NCBI GenBank assembly: GCA_963663805.2
Contig: CAXXMR010000019.1
Coordinates: 32,001-96,000 of the forward strand
Direction: 5' to 3'
Origin: Sedimentisphaerales bacterium
GTDB lineage: Bacteria; Planctomycetota; Phycisphaerae; Sedimentisphaerales; SM23-30
Length of the DNA stretch: 64,000 nt
The notes below the pieces were generated by a model. That model worked only from the letters and a program-made list of their open reading frames with translations, searched no databases and was not told where the DNA came from. The translations under genes were made by a program, and so were the position numbers. Below, one piece after another: positions 47,386-57,739 of the stretch (position 1 is the stretch's first letter; every line of letters starts with the position of its first letter).

Positions 47386-47651
47386 TGTTTTAACTCGATG
47401 GGGGGCTGATATATCGGTCTTTAGCTGTAATGGGTGAGGGAGTGCCCCGGTTTTAGGTGGGATAGACCATCGGTTTTAGTATCAAAAAAGGGGATATAGA
47501 TAAAAACTTTCTTTCACGTTAAAGCCCCGTCAAAAATGACTGGGCTTTGGTTAGTAACCAGTCGATAGGGTGGTTGAGGGCCGAATTTTATATTTGGGCA
47601 GGTATAGCCCGATTGGTCCGAATAATAACTGGTTGCGTGAAAGGATTTGAA

Positions 47652-48584
47652 ATGGCCTCGAATATTCTTCTGGAAGCTGGCACTAACGAGATGGAACTTC
47701 TGATTTTTCGTCTGGGCAAGATTCCTTTTGGGATTAATGTTGCCAAGGTGCGCGAGATTATTCAGCGTCCGAAAACTATCGGTATTCCCAAAGCTCCCAA
47801 TGCGGTTGAGGGTAGTTTCCGGCTGCGCGATGAGGTTCTGACTTTGGTTAATCTGGGACGCTATTTCAATATGGAAGGCGAACATACCCAGAGTGGCGAG
47901 GGTATGATAATTATTGTCGAGTTCAATCAGCTGCGCTGCGGAGTACTGGTTGATACTGTAGAAGTGATTTGTCGGCTGCGGTGGGATCAAATCGCTCCTC
48001 CTTCAGATTATCTTATTGATTTACGTACTCCGGTGACGGGCACGGCGGATGTCGATAATGAAACGGTTCTGATAGCCGATTTTGAAACGATAGTAAGTGA
48101 GATTCTGGGGCTGGAAAGCGCTCCCGATGTTGACGGTACTTGTGTCGCTACGCGCGACCGTTCAGATATTCGTATTTTGCTGGCTGATGACTCGGTGATT
48201 ATTCGTCAGTCGCTGGAACTGATACTCAAGAAAAACGGTTTTGAAAACCTGACGATATGTCATGACGGTCAGCAGGCCTGGGAAGCTATTGAGCAGGCCC
48301 GGACGAACAAGGATGAAGAACCTTTTGACCTGATTCTAAGCGATATTGAAATGCCGCGTATGGATGGCCTGCACCTGACAATGAAGGTTAAGGATGAGCC
48401 GGAGCTGAAAGATATTCCGGTGATTCTGTTCTCGTCGCTGATTACTGAAGATAACCGCCGCAAGGGCGAATCGGTCGGGGCTGATGCTCAGGTCAGCAAG
48501 CCCAACAGCCAGGGGATGATTGAGGCTGTTGAGGAGCTTCTGGAAAAGGCGGGCAAGTTGAAACCTGAAGCCGTATCGGCCTGA
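47652..48584 (+). CDS. cheV: Chemotaxis protein CheV (CheW + receiver)
   Basis: ILLEAGTNEMELL.F, FGINVAKVREII, ILLADDS, LSDIEMPRMDG, LFSSL. Confidence 0.9.
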   Translation: MASNILLEAGTNEMELLIFRLGKIPFGINVAKVREIIQRPKTIGIPKAPNAVEGSFRLRDEVLTLVNLGRYFNMEGEHTQSGEGMIIIVEFNQLRCGVLVDTVEVICRLRWDQIAPPSDYLIDLRTPVTGTADVDNETVLIADFETIVSEILGLESAPDVDGTCVATRDRSDIRILLADDSVIIRQSLELILKKNGFENLTICHDGQQAWEAIEQARTNKDEEPFDLILSDIEMPRMDGLHLTMKVKDEPELKDIPVILFSSLITEDNRRKGESVGADAQVSKPNSQGMIEAVEELLEKAGKLKPEAVSA

Positions 48585-48737
48585 TGTTTTCCGGGCAAGA
48601 GAAGGCACGGCGGAGGGGAGAAAATCTCTTTCGGGGGGATGTGGGGGGACGCAAAGGTTTATTTATTGTAAAGAACTAAGGTTTCTGTTATAAGTTGCGT
48701 TCTGATACAGCTAATTGACAGAGGTTTTGGAGTTTTT

Positions 48738-50174
48738 ATGTCGTACAATCAAGGCTGGCTGCCCCGGTTGTGCGGTGTGTTGAGCGGGTTGCTTATGATG
48801 TTGCCGCACCTTTATGGATGGATGGCTCCATTGCAACTTATTGCTTTACTGCCGATATTGTGGGTACTATCTGAGAGCAACGTTAAAAAAGGCACGCTGG
48901 TTACGGCGGCGGTTTATATGGCATTGGCTTATACCATTCCCCAAATGCTGATTCTTCAGATGCCGCCGGAAGTTACTGCTATACTACTGTTGTGGTTTAC
49001 GGTATTACTTTTGCTATTTGTGTTTGGGGGGCGATATGTTATACGTGAATCAAGTATTTTGTCTTCGGTTGCTATTGCGGCGTGGTTTGTAGTAATTGAC
49101 TGGATTAACTTTACTACGGTTCCGATATGGGGTACGGCTCAGTCGTTTATTCGTCCGTGGTCCAGCTATCCGTTGTTAATAACATTTATTTCTATTACCG
49201 GGGTGACCGGAATTTCTTTTTCGATAGTATTTTTACAGAATCTATTTGTCTGCGGTATACAAAACAAGAAGTTGAGTAAGGCCGGCTTAGTGTCGGGTTT
49301 GTTTGTTCTGTTGATAATCGTTCTTAATGTTGCCTTAGAGCCCAAATCGCCGGGACCAACAGTAAAATTAGCAGCATTAGGTTGGTCGGGTGCTGTGGCA
49401 GATAAATATGATGGAGTAGACAGTGAAGAAGGTTTTGATACGCTGATCGCAGAGCCATTGACAGAGCTTTCTGGTATGGGGGTACAACTGGTTGTGGCAC
49501 CGGAGATGACGTTGTATTTTGGGGATTCAGCTCGCTATAAGTGGATAGCCCGTTTGGGAGAGTTAGCGAAAAATAACCATCTTATGCTGGTTATTGGTTA
49601 TATAAATTATACCAGTAACCTTAATCGTCTATTATGTATTGACGATCATGGACAACTGGTTGGTGAATATACAAAAGTGCATTTGACGCCATTTGAAAAA
49701 ACCGGAACCGGTAACGGTGAGTTAATGTTGACTGAATTAGATGGGGTACAGGTTGGGGCAATGATATGTCAGGATGATAATTTTACCGATTTGTCACGTG
49801 CTTATGGGCAAGAGGGCGTAGATGTTATGGCAGTGCCTACTATGGATTGGCCGGCAGTTAGTCAGGCACATTTGCAGAACAGTATTTTTAGGTCAATAGA
49901 GTCTCACTATACTGTGGTTCGCGCAGCGATTAATGGGGTTTCCGCGATTATATCACCTCGTGGTATAGTACTGGCCAGATACGATCATAATGCTGATGGG
50001 GCAGGTTTTGCTGTGGCGGACGTACAGGGTTATGCCGGGACCACATTTTTCAGTCGTTCCGGTCACTTTTGGGTTGGTGTATGTGGAGCATATTTTTTAT
50101 TGTTTGCGATTCGATCGAAAATAAAACGTAAAAAACACATGGCAAATTTTTGCTGGATTCAGGCAGGGCAATAA
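48738..50174 (+). CDS. Apolipoprotein N-acyltransferase-like membrane nitrilase-family protein
   Basis: Multiple N-terminal TMs; triad APEM, YTKVHL, MICQD; RSIE..VRA..NGVSAII. Confidence 0.75.
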   Translation: MSYNQGWLPRLCGVLSGLLMMLPHLYGWMAPLQLIALLPILWVLSESNVKKGTLVTAAVYMALAYTIPQMLILQMPPEVTAILLLWFTVLLLLFVFGGRYVIRESSILSSVAIAAWFVVIDWINFTTVPIWGTAQSFIRPWSSYPLLITFISITGVTGISFSIVFLQNLFVCGIQNKKLSKAGLVSGLFVLLIIVLNVALEPKSPGPTVKLAALGWSGAVADKYDGVDSEEGFDTLIAEPLTELSGMGVQLVVAPEMTLYFGDSARYKWIARLGELAKNNHLMLVIGYINYTSNLNRLLCIDDHGQLVGEYTKVHLTPFEKTGTGNGELMLTELDGVQVGAMICQDDNFTDLSRAYGQEGVDVMAVPTMDWPAVSQAHLQNSIFRSIESHYTVVRAAINGVSAIISPRGIVLARYDHNADGAGFAVADVQGYAGTTFFSRSGHFWVGVCGAYFLLFAIRSKIKRKKHMANFCWIQAGQ

Positions 50175-50186
50175 GGTCTTATAATA

Positions 50187-50528
50187 CTATGCTTTTTTAT
50201 TGGTATGTATCTGGGCGTCGATGGTTTCTTTTACTTTTCTCATCATATCGACGAAATCCACTTGTCGTCTGGTCATCTCTCCGATGACGGCGTTGGTGCT
50301 GATGTTTTGTTCCAGCTCGATGAGTTTGTGTTTTTCTTCCACCTCAATGGGTTTCTGGGCGGTTTCGAGTTTTCTGATATGCTCGGCCTGCTGCTGGTAG
50401 TCCTGGAGCAGTTTGCGGGCGGCTTCGTCCTGGTTGAGGGCCTCTTGGGCCTGGTTTAGTTTGGCGGTACGTTCGTCCGCGGCGATGGTTTGGCCGAGCT
50501 GTCTGGCAAGTTCCAATAAGTTGTTCAT
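50187..50528 (-). CDS. YlbF/YmcA family regulator
   Basis: LLELARQLGQTIA..E...D..A.KLL.DYQ helical pattern, 113 aa. Confidence 0.7.
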   Translation of the reverse strand: MNNLLELARQLGQTIAADERTAKLNQAQEALNQDEAARKLLQDYQQQAEHIRKLETAQKPIEVEEKHKLIELEQNISTNAVIGEMTRRQVDFVDMMRKVKETIDAQIHTNKKA

Positions 50529-50652
50529 CTTTGTGTCCCTGGCAAGTTTATTATTCTATCTTTGAGGGGTTTTATACTGATTTGCCGACCAAAATGAAAG
50601 CGAAATTTTAATCTGGGTCGATGTTTGGTAGGCCCAGCTTTGCGAAGTTGAC

Positions 50653-50681
50653 TTGACAGACGACGAAATATTAAGTAAACT
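50653..50681 (+). promoter_or_regulatory. sigma70-type promoter
   Basis: TTGACA-17 bp-TAAACT. Confidence 0.65.
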
Positions 50682-50734
50682 CCTAGCATATCGCTATTTC
50701 CTTTCGGGCAAACATTTCGTTGAAAGGTCCGCAA

Positions 50735-51628
50735 ATGAGAATTCTGGTAAGACGTGGCCATTCGCTGGTCAATGATTTACGCTTCGAAAAAGGGACTATT
50801 TATATCGGTCGTCAGCCGAAAAGTCAGATATTTTTGCCTGACCAGTCGGTTTCTCGTCAGCACGCGGTGCTGGTGCAGAATCATGACGGGGATTGGATGA
50901 TTCGTGATCTTGATTCGGCGAATCGGACGTTAGTTAATGGCCGGCCCGTCAGTAAGATGCCGTTGCATGAGGGCGATATTATCGGAATATCGGACTTTAT
51001 TCTGGAAGTGCATTTCGAGGCTACGAAATCCGCTCAGGCGGACAGTCAGCCGCTGGACCTGGGCGAGACCGTGGTGGGAATGAAAGCGGAGCAGCCTTCG
51101 GTTTTTCAAACGAAGTATCAGGGAAACGCATATTTAAGATTGAGTTGTGACCGGTTAGGGGATTTTTATAAATTATGCCTGACGCTGAACGGGGAAACTG
51201 ACGAGGAAGTGTTGTTGCGGGATTTGATGGAGCTGCTTCTGGAACAATTTGACGCTTATCATGTCTGGGGCGGCCTGCGTGAGACTACCAGCGGGCCTTT
51301 GACCTGTCACGGCGGGTGTCGGCGGGGCGGCGGCAATGTTTCGCTGGAAGATTTAATCGGCCGGAAGATACTCAAACAGGCAATCGAGAAAGAATCTTAT
51401 ATCCTGCTGCCCAATGTTATGGACGCGGTCAACCCGGACGATTCACATGCCGGCGATTTGACCCGGCTTCATTCAGCGATGTCGGTGCCGATCGTTGGGC
51501 CGGCGGGTGCTTATGGGGTATTGTATGTTGATAACGGTGTGGACCAGGCGGCTTATACGCGACAGGATTTGGATTACCTTACGATAATCAGCACGTTTGT
51601 GGCAGCATTGTCTGAGCATATCGCGTAA
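50735..51628 (+). CDS. FHA + GAF domain protein
   Basis: IGRQ, SVSRQHA, DLDSANRTLVNG; SAMSVPI...GVLYVDN...DLDYL. Confidence 0.85.
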   Translation: MRILVRRGHSLVNDLRFEKGTIYIGRQPKSQIFLPDQSVSRQHAVLVQNHDGDWMIRDLDSANRTLVNGRPVSKMPLHEGDIIGISDFILEVHFEATKSAQADSQPLDLGETVVGMKAEQPSVFQTKYQGNAYLRLSCDRLGDFYKLCLTLNGETDEEVLLRDLMELLLEQFDAYHVWGGLRETTSGPLTCHGGCRRGGGNVSLEDLIGRKILKQAIEKESYILLPNVMDAVNPDDSHAGDLTRLHSAMSVPIVGPAGAYGVLYVDNGVDQAAYTRQDLDYLTIISTFVAALSEHIA

Positions 51629-51727
51629 ATAGCCATAAAGGATAAGTGCCGCCTTTGGCGATGCTGTTTTATCTGCGTGGGTGTTGGTTCGCCCTACAGG
51701 CAGAGCCGTGAAATTCGATTTGGATTT

Positions 51728-53080
51728 TTAGAGGTCGTACTCTTTGATTTTTCTATAGAGTGTTCGTTCGCCGATGCCCAGCATTTTGGCAGCGGTTTCC
51801 CGGTTGCCGTCTACCATTTCGAGGGTGCGTTGGATAGCGGCTTTTTCGAGTTCGTTGAGGTTCATGCCGGCCAGGTCGCTTAGTTCTCCGCTGCTGGCGC
51901 TCTGGTGCATTTCGAATGGTAAATCAGTAACGTCGAGCAGTTCCTTTTCGGCGAGTACTACCATGGTCTTGACGCAGTTTCTCAGTTCACGAACATTGCC
52001 GGGCCAGTCGAAACCTTTCATCAGTCGCGCCGCGGACGGGGTGAAGCCTTTGACTTTGATGTCTTCGGAGTTACTAAACTCGGAAAGAAAATGTTCGGCC
52101 AGGGGCATGATGTCTTCACGCCGATTTCGCAGCGGCGGGATTTCGATGTCCACACCGCGGATTCGGTAATATAAATCCTGGCGGAATTTTTTTTCCTCCA
52201 CGGCTTTTTCCAGATTCTGATTGGTGGCGCTTACGATTCTTACATCGACCTTAAAGCCCTGAGTGCTGCCGACCGGTACAACGATCTGGTCTTCAAGTAT
52301 ACGCAGTAATTTGGCCTGCATCGTGAGAGGCATGTCCCCAATTTCGTCGAGGAACAGAGTGCCGCCGTCGGCCATTGCGAAGAAACCCTTGCGGTCACCC
52401 ATTGCTCCAGTGAAAGCTCCTTTGACATGGCCGAAGAGTTCGCTTTCGAGCAGGGTGTCGCTCAGGCCGGCGCAGTTGACTGGTTGGAAGGGGGCGCTTT
52501 TGCGTGGTGAATTATTGTGTATGGCAGTTGCCATGAGTTCCTTGCCGACGCCGCTTTGGCCGGTTATGAGGACGGGGATGTCACTTTTGGCGGCACGGCG
52601 TAAGGTGTCGAGTATTTTCAGCATCGCCTGGGACTGACCGACCAGCCCCTCGAAGCCGAATTTGTCGTCGAGTCTTTCTTTGAGACGCTGATTCTCGCGG
52701 CGCAGTCGGACGCGTTCTACGCCGCGTCTAACAACGTCGCGGAGGTCTTCGAGTCCGATAGGTTTTTCAATATATTCGAACGCTCCTTCACGCAGTGCAG
52801 TTTTGCAGGTTTCGATTGAACTATGAGCGGTAATCAGGACAACGCTGCATAGTCCATCTTTCTTTGATATTTCCGAGACAATGGCCAGGCCATCGACCGC
52901 TCCGCCGAGCTTGAGGTCGGTTACGACCATGTACGGGTCGTCACTTTTGAGGCGTTCGAGCCCTTCTTCGCCGCTGTTGGCAACGGTTACGAGATAACCT
53001 TCGCGTTCGAGAGCTTCGGCCATGATGTCGGCGTGCCCTGTTTCGTCTTCAACTATCAATACGGGTATTTTTTTATCCAT
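51728..53080 (-). CDS. sigma54-dependent response regulator (NtrC/AtoC family)
   Basis: Receiver VVTDLKL, GQSGVGKE, ESELFGHVKGAFTGA, WPGNVRELRN, Fis-type HTH. Confidence 0.95.
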   Translation of the reverse strand: MDKKIPVLIVEDETGHADIMAEALEREGYLVTVANSGEEGLERLKSDDPYMVVTDLKLGGAVDGLAIVSEISKKDGLCSVVLITAHSSIETCKTALREGAFEYIEKPIGLEDLRDVVRRGVERVRLRRENQRLKERLDDKFGFEGLVGQSQAMLKILDTLRRAAKSDIPVLITGQSGVGKELMATAIHNNSPRKSAPFQPVNCAGLSDTLLESELFGHVKGAFTGAMGDRKGFFAMADGGTLFLDEIGDMPLTMQAKLLRILEDQIVVPVGSTQGFKVDVRIVSATNQNLEKAVEEKKFRQDLYYRIRGVDIEIPPLRNRREDIMPLAEHFLSEFSNSEDIKVKGFTPSAARLMKGFDWPGNVRELRNCVKTMVVLAEKELLDVTDLPFEMHQSASSGELSDLAGMNLNELEKAAIQRTLEMVDGNRETAAKMLGIGERTLYRKIKEYDL

Positions 53081-53081
53081 T

Positions 53082-53936
53082 TTATTCTGTTATGGGTAGG
53101 GCTATTAGGAAGCGTGTTCCTTTGCCGGGTTCGCTGTCGAGTTCTATGTGGCCGCCGTGTTCTTCGATTATTCTTCGGCAGGTTGGCAGGCCAAGTCCTG
53201 TCCCGCCGCTTCGGGTAGTATAATAGGCGTCGAAGACTTTGTCACGCATTTCGTCGGGGATGCCGGCGCCGGTATCGATTATTTCGATTCGGGCTTCGTT
53301 ATCGCCGAGGCTGCTGCGGACCATGAGTTCGCCGCCTTGGTTCATCGCCTGGGTGGCGTTGATGAACAAATTCAGTATAGCTTGTTTTATCAAATCAACG
53401 TCGATGCGGCATATCGCCGCTTCGGGGCTGAGGCATTGTCGCATCTGAACGTTTTTGGTCAGGGCCTGCGGTTCGTAAAAATCTATGAGATCTTCCAGAA
53501 TTTCGTTGATGTCCTGGCGGACAAGATGGAGCTCCATCTTACCGGCGTAACGCAGAAAATCGGTGAGGGTTTCGGCGAGCCTTTGGGCTTCAGCGGTTAT
53601 GGCTTTTAGTTTGCGGCCCTGTCGTTCGAAGAAACGTACCGGGTCGTCGAGGTTCTCGGCGTGGACCTTGCCGTCTCGCGCCGCCTGGGCCAGGTCATCG
53701 ACATCTTCGGCCAGTAGCTGTAAGTTGAGTTTGATAGTCGATAGCGGATTGCGAATTTCGTGGGCGAGATGCCCGGTAAGTGTCCCTAATTCGGCGAGTT
53801 TTTCAGCACTGCGGGTGCGGGCCAGCAGCTTTTTCCCCTGATGGCGCATGCGGCGCAGATAGCGAGCCATAATTCGCCATACTGTCAGGCCTGCCAGAAG
53901 GCCGCCGACCAGAAATCCTATTGTCATTTCAACCAT
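53082..53936 (-). CDS. Sensor histidine kinase with a single TM and no evident sensor domain
   Basis: LAHEIRNPL, NLFINA, DTGAGI, GGTGLGL. Confidence 0.92.
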   Translation of the reverse strand: MVEMTIGFLVGGLLAGLTVWRIMARYLRRMRHQGKKLLARTRSAEKLAELGTLTGHLAHEIRNPLSTIKLNLQLLAEDVDDLAQAARDGKVHAENLDDPVRFFERQGRKLKAITAEAQRLAETLTDFLRYAGKMELHLVRQDINEILEDLIDFYEPQALTKNVQMRQCLSPEAAICRIDVDLIKQAILNLFINATQAMNQGGELMVRSSLGDNEARIEIIDTGAGIPDEMRDKVFDAYYTTRSGGTGLGLPTCRRIIEEHGGHIELDSEPGKGTRFLIALPITE

Positions 53937-53961
53937 AATATTTACGGCACTGCCACAAGAG

Positions 53962-54003
53962 AAAAAAAGAGGCCTCTGCCAAAACGAATTTCACCAGAGG
54001 CCT
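53962..54003 (-). terminator. Rho-independent terminator of pnp
   Basis: Stem AGGCCTCTG/CAGAGGCCT followed by a T-run on the minus strand. Confidence 0.7.
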
Positions 54004-54039
54004 TAACATTGCGGAATAACTAATCTATCAAAAAATCAA

Positions 54040-56145
54040 TTAAGACTCCTGCTCGGCCTGCTCTTTGAGTACGGCTTTGCGTGAGAGTTTGATGCGGCCC
54101 TGTTCGTCGATGGCGATGACCTTGACCTGGAACTCATCGTTCATCTTGCAGACATCGTCTACCGACTGGACATACTGGTCGGACAGTTCGCTGATATGGC
54201 AAAGCCCTTCCTTGCCCGGGGCGATTTCGATGAAAGCACCGAAGTCTTTAGTGGCAACCACTCTGCCGTCATATACCCTGCCGATATGCACCGGCTCGGT
54301 CATCAGCTGGATGATTTGCTGGGCCCGGAGATGGCCGTCGCCGCCGACGGTGGAGATGTAAATCGTGCCGTCGTCGTCGATTTCGATATTAGAATCGGTG
54401 GTTTCCTGAATACGTTTGATTTCCTTGCCGCCCGGTCCGATGATCTTGCCAATCATATCGACCGGAATCTTCATGGTGAGCATCTTCGGAGCGTAAATCG
54501 AAAGGTCGGCACGCGGCTCAGAAATGACCGCCAGCATGGTTTTTAGGATATGAATACGTGCCTCTTTGGCACGGACGAAAACTTCGCGAATGATATTGTT
54601 GGCCAGACCACGGGCCTTGAGGTCGAGCTGGATGCCGGTGATACCCTTTTGGGTTCCGGCAACCTTGAAGTCCATATCGCCATAGTGGTCCTCTTCGCCG
54701 AGGATGTCGGTCAGGAGATGATAATCATCGCCTTTGGAGACCATACCGATTGAAATGCCCGCTACGGGGTGTTTGATGGGCACGCCGGCATCCATCATCG
54801 CCAGGGTTCCGCCGCAGACACTTGCCATGGAGCTGGAACCGTTGGACTCCATAATATCGGAGTTGATTTTAATGGTGTAGGGGAAAACATCCTTGCCGGG
54901 AACTACCGGACGCAGGCTGCGCTCAGCCAAAGCACCGTGTCCGATTTCGCGGCGACCGGGGCCCATAATGCGGCGACACTCACCTACGCAGAAAGGCGGG
55001 AAGTTATAATGCAGCATGAACGACTGGCGATATTCTTCGCGAATTCCGTCGATAATCTGTTCGTCGCCGGGAGTACCCAAAGTGGCGGTAACGAGCGACT
55101 GGGTTTCGCCGCGGGTGAACAAAGCCGAACCATGTGTGCGGGGTAGCAATGCAACCTCGCCGCTGAGTTCGCGAACCTGGTCCATCGCCCGTCCGGCGGC
55201 GCGACGGCCTGCCATGAGCTCCTGACGGATGACTTCTTCTTCAAAATCCTCAATGGCCATACGTACCAGTTCGGGTGAAAATTTCGGTTCGGGATTATCT
55301 TCGGGGCAAACCTCGGCTTTGAATTCATCGAACAACGCTTTCATCGCGTCCTGGCGCTCGAGCTTACCTTTCAGGGTACGATTTTCCAGATAGCGATCTT
55401 TGAGCTTACCCATCATCATCTCTACCAGCTCGCTGGTGTCGGGTGATTCAAAAGCGTATTTTTCCTTGCCGCAATCGGCCTGGAGTTCGGCAATCATCTC
55501 GCATACTTCAATGATGACCTTGTGCCCAAGCTCTATGGCTTCAGTAACGACTTCTTCGCTTAGCTCAGAGGCTTCCAGCTCTATCATATTGACGGCTTCT
55601 TTATGGCCGCTCAGAACCAGGTCCATGTCGGATTCCTGCATCTGCTGGTCGGTCGGATTGATTACGAATTCTTCGTTGATTCTGCCCACGCGGACGGTTC
55701 CGGTGGGGCCGTCGAACGGAATATCAGAAATGCACAACGCAGCTGAAGCGCCAACCATGGCTAAAATATCGGGGTCGTTCTGGCGGTCGGCTGAAAGCAC
55801 GATGGCTTGAATCTGCACTTCGTTGCGGAATCCTTTGGGGAACAACGGACGCGAGGGCCGGTCGATGTTCCGCATGGTGAGGATCTCTTTAGTACTCGGC
55901 CTACCTTCACGTTTGATGAAGCCGCCGGGGAAACGACCCGCCGCCGAGGTTTTCTCGCGATAGTCTACCGTCAGCGGAAAAAAATCTATTCCTTCACGCG
56001 GCTTATCCGATACCGCCGTGACCAATACGACTGTGCCACCGTAAGTTACCATGACCGCGCCTGCTGCCTGCTTGGCAATCTTGCCGGTCTCGATGGACAT
56101 TATCCTGCCCCCAATTTCACGTTCTACCTTCTTCACAATTGACAT
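54040..56145 (-). CDS. pnp: Polyribonucleotide nucleotidyltransferase
   Basis: FFPLTVDYRE, HGSALFTRGETQ, RREIGHG, ESNGSSSMA, GDMDFKVAG, KH and S1 domains. Confidence 0.98.
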   Translation of the reverse strand: MSIVKKVEREIGGRIMSIETGKIAKQAAGAVMVTYGGTVVLVTAVSDKPREGIDFFPLTVDYREKTSAAGRFPGGFIKREGRPSTKEILTMRNIDRPSRPLFPKGFRNEVQIQAIVLSADRQNDPDILAMVGASAALCISDIPFDGPTGTVRVGRINEEFVINPTDQQMQESDMDLVLSGHKEAVNMIELEASELSEEVVTEAIELGHKVIIEVCEMIAELQADCGKEKYAFESPDTSELVEMMMGKLKDRYLENRTLKGKLERQDAMKALFDEFKAEVCPEDNPEPKFSPELVRMAIEDFEEEVIRQELMAGRRAAGRAMDQVRELSGEVALLPRTHGSALFTRGETQSLVTATLGTPGDEQIIDGIREEYRQSFMLHYNFPPFCVGECRRIMGPGRREIGHGALAERSLRPVVPGKDVFPYTIKINSDIMESNGSSSMASVCGGTLAMMDAGVPIKHPVAGISIGMVSKGDDYHLLTDILGEEDHYGDMDFKVAGTQKGITGIQLDLKARGLANNIIREVFVRAKEARIHILKTMLAVISEPRADLSIYAPKMLTMKIPVDMIGKIIGPGGKEIKRIQETTDSNIEIDDDGTIYISTVGGDGHLRAQQIIQLMTEPVHIGRVYDGRVVATKDFGAFIEIAPGKEGLCHISELSDQYVQSVDDVCKMNDEFQVKVIAIDEQGRIKLSRKAVLKEQAEQES

Positions 56146-56438
56146 TACTTTACCTGCTTTCTTTCCGTCTTTCCGTCATACCTGCTTGACTTGACTAATT
56201 TTCTTCTTACCAGTTACCGACAACAAGATGCTTAACTGAGATGAAACATTTATTACAAAACTTATACAACAAATTTAAGTGGCCCGTTCAACGCGCATAA
56301 AACCAACGGCGTGACTCCGTCTTACCACAGAACACGCCTGGTCGAATCCCCGATGAAATGTATTCTCTGGAACTATCGTCCTGAACATTTCCCGGATGCC
56401 ATTTCGAAATCGCGGCACCAGTCTTTTGTTTCACGGAA

Positions 56439-56705
56439 TTATTTACGCAGACCCAGGCGACCAATCAGAGTCGTATACCGATCACGGTCTACGTTGGCCA
56501 GATATTTCAATAAACCCGAACGCTTACCGACCATTTTCAGCAGGCCGCAGCGAGAGGTGTGATCTTTTTTGTGGGATTTCAGATGCTCGGTGAGTTCTTT
56601 GATGCGGGCGCTCAGAAGTGCGACCTGTACCTCTGGAGAACCTGTATCCCCCTCGTGAGTTGCATATTCTTTGATGACCGACTGTTTTTCTTCTTGCGTA
56701 ATCAT
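56439..56705 (-). CDS. rpsO: 30S ribosomal protein S15
   Basis: [21 protein letters not shown]. Confidence 0.97.
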   Translation of the reverse strand: MITQEEKQSVIKEYATHEGDTGSPEVQVALLSARIKELTEHLKSHKKDHTSRCGLLKMVGKRSGLLKYLANVDRDRYTTLIGRLGLRK

Positions 56706-56859
56706 TTCGCGTTCCTTCCCCGGCCAGCCCGAACGACGGAACCTGCCAGATAGAAGTCCTATCCTATAATGGCCTGATAAACATTACTTCATCGGCGAAC
56801 ACCGCCGAATCAGACCATAAACAAGGCGTGAATATAGCAAACCTGGGTTTCCAAAGCAA
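56706..56859 (-). promoter_or_regulatory. rpsO promoter and structured leader
   Basis: TTGCTT-17 bp-TATATT (56859-56831); stems ATGGTCTGAT/ATCAGGCCAT and TCGGCG/CGCCGA. Confidence 0.5.
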
Positions 56860-56890
56860 TACATTTTTAATCCTGACAGTTATCGGACTA

Positions 56891-57718
56891 TCAGGAAAAG
56901 TTGCATATGCTCAGGATTTTTCCGCTGTCGTCAGCAATTATCGTTTGGCCGGGGGCGACAACCAGAAAATCCTCAACGCTCCAATTGCCGCTGATGAGTC
57001 TTCTCAGCAGGTTCAAATCGCCATCGACGGATTCGAAAGACCAGTTGCGTTTTTGGGCTTCCTGTTGGGCCAGGTCTTCATATTCCTTGTCCGATGGCAA
57101 GCCCATCCTTATATATGTTATTCTCTCGTACTTTTCCTGCCAGCCGCCCATGCTCTCCATGATGAATTTGGCGTTATCCTGGCCGTACATTTCTACATAT
57201 TCTTCGTAAGTCTTGTCCAGGCCAAGCTTTGACATTACTGTCTGCGACTCCATGTCTTCGTAATCGCCACGCTCGGACCAACCGGTAGTGCGGAAATACG
57301 TGCCGGGATGAGAGTTGAAATAGTCATTATACGCCTGTTGAGAGCCGAAGAAGAAGGTTATGCAGTCGTGGGCACGGGGGATGACCAGGGGAGTTTTTTT
57401 TGTCGTCAGGCCCGCGACTCCGTTGTTACAACGCCCGTAGCCCAGCAGAATAGCGTCGTAACCTTTTTCATCCAAATCGGTTATGTGTTCCTGTAGTCGT
57501 TCGGACATTTTCTCTTGCCCCATGTCGTGCAGGCCCTTGGGCAGAAAATTAACATCCACTATATTTTCAGACTCCGCGGCAAGCAGACACGCTTCCCGGT
57601 AGATTATCTCGCAGGAGAGCAGCACATAACGCTTTTTGCCAGATGCTTTCAGGGCGTCGGAGCAGATACCGTGACCGTCAAAAAAACTTTTCATCAATAA
57701 GTATTCCAGTATCGTCAA
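56891..57718 (-). CDS. DUF1638-like protein
   Basis: LSCEI, LPKGLHD, YDAILLGYGRC.NG, IPRAHDCITFFFGS, GTYFRT.GW. Confidence 0.75.
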   Translation of the reverse strand: MTILEYLLMKSFFDGHGICSDALKASGKKRYVLLSCEIIYREACLLAAESENIVDVNFLPKGLHDMGQEKMSERLQEHITDLDEKGYDAILLGYGRCNNGVAGLTTKKTPLVIPRAHDCITFFFGSQQAYNDYFNSHPGTYFRTTGWSERGDYEDMESQTVMSKLGLDKTYEEYVEMYGQDNAKFIMESMGGWQEKYERITYIRMGLPSDKEYEDLAQQEAQKRNWSFESVDGDLNLLRRLISGNWSVEDFLVVAPGQTIIADDSGKILSICNFS

Positions 57719-57739
57719 CCTGCCCGGAGGGGGCAGGTA

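Noticed and set aside
51728..53936. PrsK/PrsR-type PEP-CTERM regulatory pair
   Set aside because: The kinase lacks the multi-TM/GAF architecture, and I saw no clear sigma54 -24/-12 site before the PEP-CTERM genes
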